From positions 437,458 through 501,457 of the forward strand of contig JAUSGT010000002.1 of NCBI GenBank assembly GCA_030648835.1: a stretch of 64,000 nt of DNA. Direction: 5' to 3'. This document shows positions 56,427-64,000 of this stretch, in pieces. Each line of letters opens with the position of its first letter. Position 1 is the first letter of the stretch. The stretch comes from Candidatus Moraniibacteriota bacterium. Its GTDB lineage: Bacteria > Patescibacteriota > Minisyncoccia > Moranbacterales > UBA1568. Position numbers and translations under genes: made by a program. The notes beneath the pieces were generated by a model that was not told the DNA's origin, did not search any database, and saw only the letters and a list, made by a program, of their open reading frames with translations.

Positions 56427-57467
56427 ATGCTGTCAGAAAAAATAATCGGCATTCAAAAAGAAGGTGAGAGAGCACTGTCATCCATCAAAACAATGGCGGA
56501 ATTAGAGATGTGGGAAGTGAAGTATCTTGGCCGAAAAAGCGAACTTTCCGAAATATTGAAGGGGCTGAAGGATCTCGCTTCGGAAGAGAAGCGTGTCGTG
56601 GGTCCGCTCGGCAACGCCGCCAAGGAATCTCTGATGAAGGCCTTTGAGGAGACCAAGGAAACACTTTTTGAAAACAGTATCGATTGGGAGAGAGAGCGTA
56701 TCGATGTGACAGCCCCCGGCACGGCAGTACCTCGTGGGCATTTGCATCCTATTACTCTTGTAGAACAGCAAATTGAAGATATTTTTGTCAGTTTGGGTTT
56801 TACGGTGGTGGATGGTCCGGAAGTGGATAAAGAGTGGTACAACTTTGACGCCTTGAACATCCCCAGAGATCATCCTGCGCGGGATATGCAGGATACTTTT
56901 TGGATTAAGGGTGAAGAAAAAAACAAAGATCGGTACTTGCCCCGTACGCATACATCCAATGTTCAAGTCAGGTATATGGAAGCGCATACACCGCCACTGC
57001 GCATCATTATTCCCGGACGTATTTTTCGCAATGAAGCCACCGACGCTTCCCATGAACACACTTTTCATCAATTCGAATGTCTGATGGTGGACAAAGAAGG
57101 AGTTGTCAGCGTAGCGACATTCAAGCATATCGCGGAAACGTTTTTCAGTCAGTTTTTCGGAAAGAAAGTACGCATCCGTTTGCGACCGAGTTTTTTCCCG
57201 TTTACCGAGCCTTCTTTCGAGTTTGATATCAACTGTATCCTCTGCGACGGCAAGGGCTGTCCGGTGTGCAAACAGGCGGGGTGGTTGGAAATCGGCGGCG
57301 CCGGTATGGTAAACCAAAAAGTGTTCGAAGCAGCCGGGTATCCGCGCGGGAAGTATCAGGGTTTCGCTTGGGGTTTCGGTGTGACGCGTCTGGCAATGAT
57401 GAAATACAAGATTACTGACATCCGCCTTATGATGAGCGGCGATTTGAGATTTATCAGACAGTTTTAG
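56427..57467 (+). CDS. pheS: Phenylalanine--tRNA ligase alpha subunit
   Basis: GHLHP, NFDALN...HPARDMQDTF, RTHTS, RPSFFPFTEPS, GFAWGFG. Confidence 0.97.
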   Translation: MLSEKIIGIQKEGERALSSIKTMAELEMWEVKYLGRKSELSEILKGLKDLASEEKRVVGPLGNAAKESLMKAFEETKETLFENSIDWERERIDVTAPGTAVPRGHLHPITLVEQQIEDIFVSLGFTVVDGPEVDKEWYNFDALNIPRDHPARDMQDTFWIKGEEKNKDRYLPRTHTSNVQVRYMEAHTPPLRIIIPGRIFRNEATDASHEHTFHQFECLMVDKEGVVSVATFKHIAETFFSQFFGKKVRIRLRPSFFPFTEPSFEFDINCILCDGKGCPVCKQAGWLEIGGAGMVNQKVFEAAGYPRGKYQGFAWGFGVTRLAMMKYKITDIRLMMSGDLRFIRQF

Positions 57468-57474
57468 CTCTTAT

Positions 57475-57541
57475 GTCATTCCGAACAGAGTGAGGAATCT
57501 CGTAAAATTTTGACGAGATCCTTCGCTCCACTCAGGATGAC
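57475..57541 (+). repeat. REP-like palindromic element (GTCATTC...GGATGAC family)
   Basis: GTCATTCCGAACAGAGTGAGGAATCTCGT...ACGAGATCCTTCGCTCCACTCAGGATGAC. Confidence 0.8.
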
Positions 57542-57551
57542 TGACAAAATT

Positions 57552-59939
57552 ATGAAATATTCCTACAATTGGCTGAAAGAATTATCCGGGACCAAGAAGT
57601 CGCCACAGCAGTTGGCGGAGCTTTTGATGACGCACGCGTTTGAGGTGGAGAGCATCGAGAAATTTCAACATGGACTGGACGGTGTGGTAGTCGGAAAAGT
57701 TATGACTCTTGTCAAACATCCCAACGCAGACAAATTGAGAGTGGCGGAAATCGAGATAAAGAAAAATGATATCCGTCAGATCGTGTGCGGCGCGCCCAAT
57801 GTGGCCGTCGGACAGAAAGTGGCGGTGGCCTTGCCTGGTGTGAAATTATCTGGGATGGAAATAAAAGCAGTGGAAATTCGCGGAGTGGAGTCGCGCGGTA
57901 TGATCTGTTCGGCGAAAGAATTGAATCTCGGTGATGATCATACCGGTATTCTCGTTCTATCGAGTGATACGCCGATTGGTGTTTCATTCGTAGAATATTT
58001 TGGTCTGGATGACAGTCTTATGGAAGTGAAGATTCTTCCGGATCGCGGATCGGATGCGCTCTCGTATCAAGGTTTAGCTCGTGAAATTGCCGCTCTGGAT
58101 GGAGTTTCTCCACGTTTTTTGAGTGAACGGTCAAAACCGATTAAAGCTTCTTCGTCCAATCGTGCTTCACAGGTAGTGATTGACGACAAGCGGGGGTGTC
58201 TACGGTATGTCGGTATCGCGTTTGAAAATATCGCCGTAGGAGAGTCACCGCTTTGGCTCAAAGTGCGACTGCTTCTTTCCGGTTTGCGTCCTATCAACAA
58301 TATCGTTGACGCGACCAACTACCTGATGCTCCTTACCGGTCAGCCGATGCACGCGTTTGATATGGATCAGTTAACCGGTAGCGTGACGATTCGCCGGGCG
58401 AAGAAAGATGAGCGATTGATGCTTCTCACGGGAGAAACCAAAACTCTTTCTCCGGAAGATCTCGTTATTGCCGATGAAAAAGGGCCAGTAGCGCTGGCCG
58501 GAGTGATGGGTGGAGCTGCTTCCTCCGTGACGGAAAAAACGAAAAATATATTTTTGGAAATCGCCACGTTTGATGCTACCGTGATTCGTCGCACAAAGAC
58601 GCGTTACAACCTCTTGACTGATGCCGGTTATCGTTTCGAGCGAGGCTTGGATCCAAACCTACCCGGAGTAGCGGCGCAGGAGGCAGCCTCTCTTGTCCAT
58701 TCTTTGACTGGTGGAATTATGCTTGGGATGCGTGATATATATCCGAAAGTAGCCAAAGAAGTGAAAATCAAGTTGTCGCTCCTTCGTGTGGAAAATGTTT
58801 TGGGGAGAGAGATCTCTATCGTGGAGGCGGGAAAATATCTTACACTTTTGGGATTGACGGTAAAGAAATCGGCCAATAAAAAAATTCTCGATGTGATCGT
58901 GCCGACGCGTCGTCCGGATCTCTGTGATGAGTGGGATTTGATTGAAGAGATCGGTCGGATGTACGGATACGAAAAAATTGTTTCGGTCGCTCCGCTTCTG
59001 CCACTTCTCCCGACTGACGAAAATATGGAGAAAAATTTTGAACGGCGCGCCAAAGAATATCTTGTGCACAGCGGTTTTGATGAAATAATGACGTACTCGT
59101 TTTATGGAGAGAAGGAAGTGCGAGGGGCATTCCTACCGCTCGTATCTCATTTGGAGCTTGCCAATCCTCTCAGCCCCGATCAGAAATTTTTGCGTATGAC
59201 GCTCTTGCCTCTTTTGCTTCAGAAAGCCAAGGAAAATCTGCGGTCGTTTAATGCTTTTAATTTCTTCGAATGGGGGAGTGTTTTTGTGAAAGGTAAGGCG
59301 GGTGTACCGATTGAATTTAAATCTCTTGGGCTATTGACCATGCTGCAAGAAAAGAATATTAAAGGAGAAGCGTTCTCTCTTATGAAAGGACGAGTGCTGG
59401 CATTTTTTGAATCTTTGCATATCGATCAGGGAAAAATTTCTTGGGGATTGCCAAAGATGTTTCCGGACATTCCGGTTCTGGGTATGCTTCATCCGACGCG
59501 GAGTGCTGTTTTCGCGTATGACGGACAACCTTTTGGCGTTATAGGTGAAATCCATCCGAGAACCTTGAAAGCCTTTGATCTTCCGCCACGCGTTGCCGTA
59601 GCCGGGTTTGTCGCCGAGGAACTCAGGAAACTTCAAAAAAAAGAAATTCTTTTTACTCCGCTTCAAAAATTCCCTTTTGCCGTGCGTGATATTTCTCTTA
59701 CCTTTCCTCGCAAAGTGACCGTAAGCGAAGTTGAGCAGCTGCTACGCGAAGCCGGAGCGCCGCTTTTACAAAAATTCGAACTTTTTGATATTTACGATCA
59801 CGGAGAAGAAAAAAGTCTTGCGTTTCATCTCTTTTTTGGAGCGCCGGATAGGACGCTTGAAAGTCTTGAGATGGATACTGCTTTCGATAGGATAGTGGCT
59901 TTGGCAAAAGAGCGTTTTGAGGCTCGATTAAGGGATTAA
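57552..59939 (+). CDS. pheT: Phenylalanine--tRNA ligase beta subunit
   Basis: MKYSYNWL, HPNADKL, VCGAPN, PINNIVD, GQPMHAFD, RFERG, PTRRPD, RDIS. The ORF-track TTG start (57510) lies inside a repeat. Confidence 0.96.
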   Translation: MKYSYNWLKELSGTKKSPQQLAELLMTHAFEVESIEKFQHGLDGVVVGKVMTLVKHPNADKLRVAEIEIKKNDIRQIVCGAPNVAVGQKVAVALPGVKLSGMEIKAVEIRGVESRGMICSAKELNLGDDHTGILVLSSDTPIGVSFVEYFGLDDSLMEVKILPDRGSDALSYQGLAREIAALDGVSPRFLSERSKPIKASSSNRASQVVIDDKRGCLRYVGIAFENIAVGESPLWLKVRLLLSGLRPINNIVDATNYLMLLTGQPMHAFDMDQLTGSVTIRRAKKDERLMLLTGETKTLSPEDLVIADEKGPVALAGVMGGAASSVTEKTKNIFLEIATFDATVIRRTKTRYNLLTDAGYRFERGLDPNLPGVAAQEAASLVHSLTGGIMLGMRDIYPKVAKEVKIKLSLLRVENVLGREISIVEAGKYLTLLGLTVKKSANKKILDVIVPTRRPDLCDEWDLIEEIGRMYGYEKIVSVAPLLPLLPTDENMEKNFERRAKEYLVHSGFDEIMTYSFYGEKEVRGAFLPLVSHLELANPLSPDQKFLRMTLLPLLLQKAKENLRSFNAFNFFEWGSVFVKGKAGVPIEFKSLGLLTMLQEKNIKGEAFSLMKGRVLAFFESLHIDQGKISWGLPKMFPDIPVLGMLHPTRSAVFAYDGQPFGVIGEIHPRTLKAFDLPPRVAVAGFVAEELRKLQKKEILFTPLQKFPFAVRDISLTFPRKVTVSEVEQLLREAGAPLLQKFELFDIYDHGEEKSLAFHLFFGAPDRTLESLEMDTAFDRIVALAKERFEARLRD

Positions 59940-59981
59940 TGGCTAGTGAGTATTGATTTTTGTAGCGAAATGTGCTATAAA

Positions 59982-60048
59982 GTCATTCTGAGTGAAATGA
60001 AGAATCCCGATATATTTCAACGAGACTCTTCGCTGCGCTCGGAGCGAC
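59982..60048 (+). repeat. REP-like palindromic element (GTCATTC family)
   Basis: GTCATTCTGAGTGAAATGAAGAATC...GACTCTTCGCTGCGCTCGGAGCGAC. Confidence 0.7.
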
Positions 60049-60069
60049 ACTGTGTGTCGGTTTCTCGTT

Positions 60070-60489
60070 CTTTCCCAAAACAGATCAGATTGTCGCGCGA
60101 CTGCCTCTTTTGAGAGGCGGAGTGAGGAAAGTCCGGACACTCGCCAATTTTGTCTGCTCTCTGCATTATATGGAGCTATAGGGGCTTTAGTGTTTGGAGC
60201 AGACAAAATTGGCAGCAGGGTAGTGGGTAATTCCCATCTCTCGCCTTTGGCGGGATGAGGTGCGAGCAGTGACGCCAATGTCGAAAGGCAAAGGATTCCT
60301 TCGGGAATAAGTCTGTCGAAAGGCAGAAGTGAAACGGCTAAATCCTTACTTGAGTGCAAGGTCGTGCCCCGAGCAATCGGGGAGAACCGCAAAGATTTTG
60401 TCGGTAACGGCGAAGCAAGAGAAATGACAGTCGCCCTGAGAGAAATCAAAGGGGACAGAATCCGGCTTATACATCTGTTTTGGGAAAAG
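60070..60489 (+). ncRNA. rnpB: RNase P RNA
   Basis: GAGGAAAGTCCGG (P4 5'), AGTGAAACGGC, ACAGAATCCGGCTTA (P4 3'); P2 GATTGTC/GACAGTC; P1 TTTCCCAAAACAGAT/ATCTGTTTTGGGAAA. Confidence 0.93.
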
Positions 60490-60545
60490 ATTGGAAGCAT
60501 CCGCTAGTGAAGCTATAGAAGCTAAAAGCTAACGAAGCTATAACC

Positions 60546-61973
60546 ATGAAACGTTCAGAAATATTTTTTAGCGCCATCCAAGTCCCGGTTGATTTTATGA
60601 TGATTCTTTTGGCGGCTGCGACCGCTTATTTCTTGCGCGGAATGCCACAGTTTCAGGCGTATGTTTCCCGGGTATTCAATCTGTCGTTTGACGACTATAT
60701 CCGTTTCGCTCTGACGGTGGCTCCGTTTTTTCTCCTTATTTTGGCGGTGGAGGGACTCTACAGTATGCGCTCTACGCGACGTTTCTGGCAGGAAGCCTAT
60801 GGCGTGATGAAATCCATCACCTTTGGACTGATTATCCTCATCATTGCCGTGTTTCTCAATCGTGAATGGTTCTCTTCGCGCTTTGTCATCCTGGTCGGAT
60901 GGATGCTCGCGGTATTTTATGTCGTAGTAGCCCGTTATATCATTCAGCGTATCCAGAAGTGGCTTCTCATCCATAAGGGAACGGGCATACACCGCGTGCT
61001 TCTCATCGGATACAACGACAAGATGCAGAAAATGAAAAGTTTTCTTACGAGAAACAAAGAACTCGGTTATCGTGTGGTGGATCAGATTGATGACGCCAGC
61101 ATCTCGCATATCAAAAATATCCGTGAGGCCCGTGGCATCGATGAAATCATTATCGGCGATCCATCTATGACCGATGACGAGCAGGCCAAGCTGTTCGACT
61201 ACTGCCAGATAAACAATATTCTCTATCGCTATTTCCCGACTGCCCTACAGACCACGCATTTTTCGATGCAGATCTGGAATGGCGAACCAATTATTGAATT
61301 CGAGCACACGCCGCTTGACGGATGGGGTAGGGTGCTGAAGAGAATCTACGATCTCGTGGCCGGTTTTATTTTGACCGTGCTTTTTTCACCTATCATGCTT
61401 ATTATCGCGCTTTGTATCAAGTTTGAGGACTCGGACGGGCCGATTATCTACAAAAATGAGCGTATCGGCGAGAACGGCAAGAAATTTTTTGCTTACAAAT
61501 TCCGCTATATGCAGTGGAAATATTGTATTACCAAGGAAAATCCAAATTTGAAGGAAGCTATGCAATTTGAAAAAGAGCTTATCGAGGAGCGGAATGTTCG
61601 CAAGGGCGATATACTGTACAAAATCAAAGATGACCCGCGCAAAATGAAAATAGGCGCTCTTATTGAGCGTTTTTCCCTCGATGAATTGCCGCAGTTTTTC
61701 AACGTTCTGAAAGGCGAGATGAGTCTGGTGGGGCCGCGCCCGCATCAGGAGCGCGAAGTTGATCGTTACTCGGAATATCATCGTCGCTTGCTCACGATTC
61801 GCCCGGGTGTCACCGGGATGGCGCAGATTTCCGGACGTTCCGATCTGGCGTTCGAAGACGAATACCACTTGGATGTTTTCTATATCGAGAATTGGTCGCT
61901 GTGGTTGGATATCGTCATCTGTCTCAAGACCGCCAAAGTCCTGCTCCGCCGTCGCAAGAACAACGGAAAGTAA
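60546..61973 (+). CDS. Polyprenyl-phosphate sugar phosphotransferase (WcaJ/WbaP-like)
   Basis: 4 TMs, a CoA-binding-like domain, KRIYD, YKFRYM, DDPR, SLDELPQFFNVLKGEMSLVGPRP, PGVTG. Confidence 0.94.
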   Translation: MKRSEIFFSAIQVPVDFMMILLAAATAYFLRGMPQFQAYVSRVFNLSFDDYIRFALTVAPFFLLILAVEGLYSMRSTRRFWQEAYGVMKSITFGLIILIIAVFLNREWFSSRFVILVGWMLAVFYVVVARYIIQRIQKWLLIHKGTGIHRVLLIGYNDKMQKMKSFLTRNKELGYRVVDQIDDASISHIKNIREARGIDEIIIGDPSMTDDEQAKLFDYCQINNILYRYFPTALQTTHFSMQIWNGEPIIEFEHTPLDGWGRVLKRIYDLVAGFILTVLFSPIMLIIALCIKFEDSDGPIIYKNERIGENGKKFFAYKFRYMQWKYCITKENPNLKEAMQFEKELIEERNVRKGDILYKIKDDPRKMKIGALIERFSLDELPQFFNVLKGEMSLVGPRPHQEREVDRYSEYHRRLLTIRPGVTGMAQISGRSDLAFEDEYHLDVFYIENWSLWLDIVICLKTAKVLLRRRKNNGK

Positions 61974-62036
61974 AAATAGTTATATCTTACCTTACAGCGC
62001 TTTTACAGCGGTCCGACCGCTGTAAATATTAGGAAG

Positions 62037-62064
62037 ACTCCCTGAAGTACAGGGAGTTTTTTTT
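62037..62064 (+). terminator. Intrinsic terminator, preceded by a second hairpin at 62002-62026
   Basis: ACTCCCTG-AAGTA-CAGGGAGT followed by a T run. Confidence 0.7.
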
Positions 62065-62157
62065 ATTTTTCTATTTATTTTTTCTTGACAGAAAATCTTA
62101 TTTTTCTTTTTTATTTTTGGTATAATTCGAGAATAAGAAATTACTTATTACTTTTTT

Positions 62158-64000
62158 ATGTGGAGGGTAAAAAATATTACAAGGTTCAGTGCCTTGCTGT
62201 TTTTCGTATTTTTTTATTTCCTGTCATCTCCTTCTGCTTCCGCCACGACGACCGTTTCCGGGGTGCTCCTTGGCAGCGCTACGTGGACCAAAGCGAATGG
62301 ACCCTACCTTGTAAGAGAAGTCACCGTTCCCGTGGGAGCTACGCTTACTATCGAGCCAGGAACTGTCGTGAAGTTGAGTGGCGTCTCGGCGCTGTATGCT
62401 TTTGGCACTATTACGATAGGGGCGCCTGATGCCGAAAAAGTGATCATTACTTCATTTGCCGATGATACTGTCGGTGGAGATACGAATAATAATGGTTCTG
62501 CCACAGTCCCGACCCGGTTTGATTGGTGCAGTATCGGCGCTCATACGAAAGGGATTATCAATATCACGAATACCAGCATACGTTATGGCGGTTGCTCTGT
62601 GTATGGACAGGTATACAATTTTGGCGGCACCATCACTATTACCGATTCGCAGTTTTTGGACAGCGGACAATACGGCATTTTGAACGCCAGTGGAAAGCTT
62701 ACCCTTACTTCTTCTGAGGTCACTGGAGCGGAATATGGCGTCAGGTTCCATAGCGGTACCATAACCATGCGGGACAACAGTATCCATGACAACACGGCGT
62801 ATAGCCTCATCAATACTTCTCTCGCGCATACCGTCATCGACGCGACCAATAATTGGTGGGGTGACGCGACAGGTCCGTGGCATCTGACAAATATCAACGG
62901 TTTGGGAAACAAGGTTTCAAATTATGTCATATTCAATCCTTGGCTCGGGAGTGATCCGTCGCAGAAAATTGATCTTTGCGCCGAAAATTGTTTTTCCAGC
63001 GTGCTGTTTTTACCGGGATTGGAAGCCAGTCGCCTGTATACCGATGCTGGTCGAGTATGGGAACCACAGAGCGACACGGATGCCGAGAAATTGTATCTCG
63101 ATAGTGATGGGAAGAGCGTGCGCGGGGATATTTCCACAAAGGATGTCATTGACAACGCGTACGTACCGGTCAAGGGGAATATCTACCAATCATTTCTCGC
63201 CGATCTCGACCGTTGGAAGAACACCGATGGTCTCATAGCGGATTATGTTGTTGCCCCATACGATTGGCGGCTCTCTCTGGATGACATACTGAATAACGGC
63301 AAGAAAACAGGAGAAAATATTTCGTACACAGAGGCGACAGCATCCCCATATATTATAGAAGAATTGCGTCGTCTCGCGAGTACTTCGAAATCGGGCAAGG
63401 TCACCCTTATCGCGCATTCCAATGGAGGATTGGTAGCCAAGGCGCTCGTCAGCAAACTGGGAGCGGAAGCGGCCGAGCTTATCGATAAAATCGTTTTTGT
63501 GGCGGTACCGCAATCCGGAACGCCGCAAGCAATTGGCGCCATACTTCACGGATATGATCAGGGACTTCCCGTAAACTGGTTCCCTTTCGCCATGGCGCCG
63601 AAAACAGCGCGCACGTTGGCGCAGAATATGCCGAGCGTCTACAACCTCCTGCCATCGAGCGCGTATTTCTCGGGTAGCGGGAGCGGTACTACGACTCCGG
63701 TGGTTACTTTTGAAGATGGGGCGCTGACGGACACTTTCATCGGTAAATATGGCAAGAAGATCGATACCGCGTCCGAGCTGAACGATTTTCTCGTCGATAC
63801 TGATGGCAAGGTGGCGGCTGATTCCAGCGATACCGTCAGCCCGAGCAGGGTGAATCCCGGATTGCTTCTGGGTGGAAAAAATGCGCACCAGTCGCTGGAC
63901 GATTTGGTTATTCCGGCAGCCATCTCTGTGTACCAGATAGCCGGATTTGGAGAAGAAACGTTGGGGACGATCAAGTACTGGACCGGAAAAGAGTGTCTTC
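62158..64000 (+). CDS. Large secreted protein with a parallel beta-helix region and an LCAT/PGAP1-like alpha/beta hydrolase (3' truncated by the window)
   Basis: Manual translation from ATG 62158: signal peptide, WTKANGPY...TLTIEPGTVVK, DATNNWWG, VLFLPGLEASRL, PYDWR, IAHSNGG, VAVPQSGTP; open to 64000. Confidence 0.85.
   Translation, partial: MWRVKNITRFSALLFFVFFYFLSSPSASATTTVSGVLLGSATWTKANGPYLVREVTVPVGATLTIEPGTVVKLSGVSALYAFGTITIGAPDAEKVIITSFADDTVGGDTNNNGSATVPTRFDWCSIGAHTKGIINITNTSIRYGGCSVYGQVYNFGGTITITDSQFLDSGQYGILNASGKLTLTSSEVTGAEYGVRFHSGTITMRDNSIHDNTAYSLINTSLAHTVIDATNNWWGDATGPWHLTNINGLGNKVSNYVIFNPWLGSDPSQKIDLCAENCFSSVLFLPGLEASRLYTDAGRVWEPQSDTDAEKLYLDSDGKSVRGDISTKDVIDNAYVPVKGNIYQSFLADLDRWKNTDGLIADYVVAPYDWRLSLDDILNNGKKTGENISYTEATASPYIIEELRRLASTSKSGKVTLIAHSNGGLVAKALVSKLGAEAAELIDKIVFVAVPQSGTPQAIGAILHGYDQGLPVNWFPFAMAPKTARTLAQNMPSVYNLLPSSAYFSGSGSGTTTPVVTFEDGALTDTFIGKYGKKIDTASELNDFLVDTDGKVAADSSDTVSPSRVNPGLLLGGKNAHQSLDDLVIPAAISVYQIAGFGEETLGTIKYWTGKECL

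Noticed and set aside
62085-62126. TTGACA and TATAAT as a single canonical promoter
   Set aside because: The spacing is 30 nt; only the extended -10 is plausible
62085-63974. Many short ORF-track calls at the right end
   Set aside because: All are explained as alternative frames of the single open + frame starting at 62158
1-64000. CRISPR array, cas genes, tRNA or rRNA genes, T-box leaders
   Set aside because: No regularly spaced direct repeats with unique spacers, no cloverleaf or rRNA signatures noticed, and the synthetase leaders are short with no T-box motif. Judged by eye only.
1-64000. Stop-codon reassignment (genetic code 25)
   Set aside because: Conserved genes such as proS and tyrS are full length in code 11 and end at TGA where expected

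Overview
Gene-dense bacterial window, mostly on the + strand, using the standard code (TGA is a stop). The conserved hypothetical genes, archaeal-type pyrH and RNase H, short ProRS, mostly SD-less starts and many short palindromic repeats point to a Patescibacteria/CPR (Parcubacteria-like) chromosome; this is an inference. Housekeeping content: proS, pyrH, ispH, dnaJ (with a CIRCE box), recJ, RNase HI, a MacAB-type ABC exporter, two ABC-F proteins, secD/secF, tyrS, tsaC, pheS/pheT, RNase P RNA, glycosyltransferases and a 3'-truncated secreted beta-helix/lipase-like protein. The standout is a ~14 kb accessory island (12072-25975). It encodes six paralogues that end in a phospho-histidine swivel (PEP-utiliser mobile) domain, but only the first has an ATP-grasp dikinase domain and none has the PEP-binding barrel. 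All six share an ungapped 40-residue motif resembling the substrate domain of rifampin phosphotransferase. They are interleaved with three different phosphatase/phosphohydrolase folds and a late riboflavin/FMN/FAD module. The best reading is an undescribed split, multi-specificity small-molecule phosphotransferase array (one ATP-grasp donor, five acceptor modules). Secondary observations: a dispersed structured-RNA/MITE family, palindromic elements inserted in frame in proteins, heptamer inverted arrays, a promoter-terminator minigene, SecD with a permuted parvulin insert, a triad-less HtrA, a pseudo-receiver, a membrane-anchored Clp ATPase and an RNase P RNA with a long extra helix.
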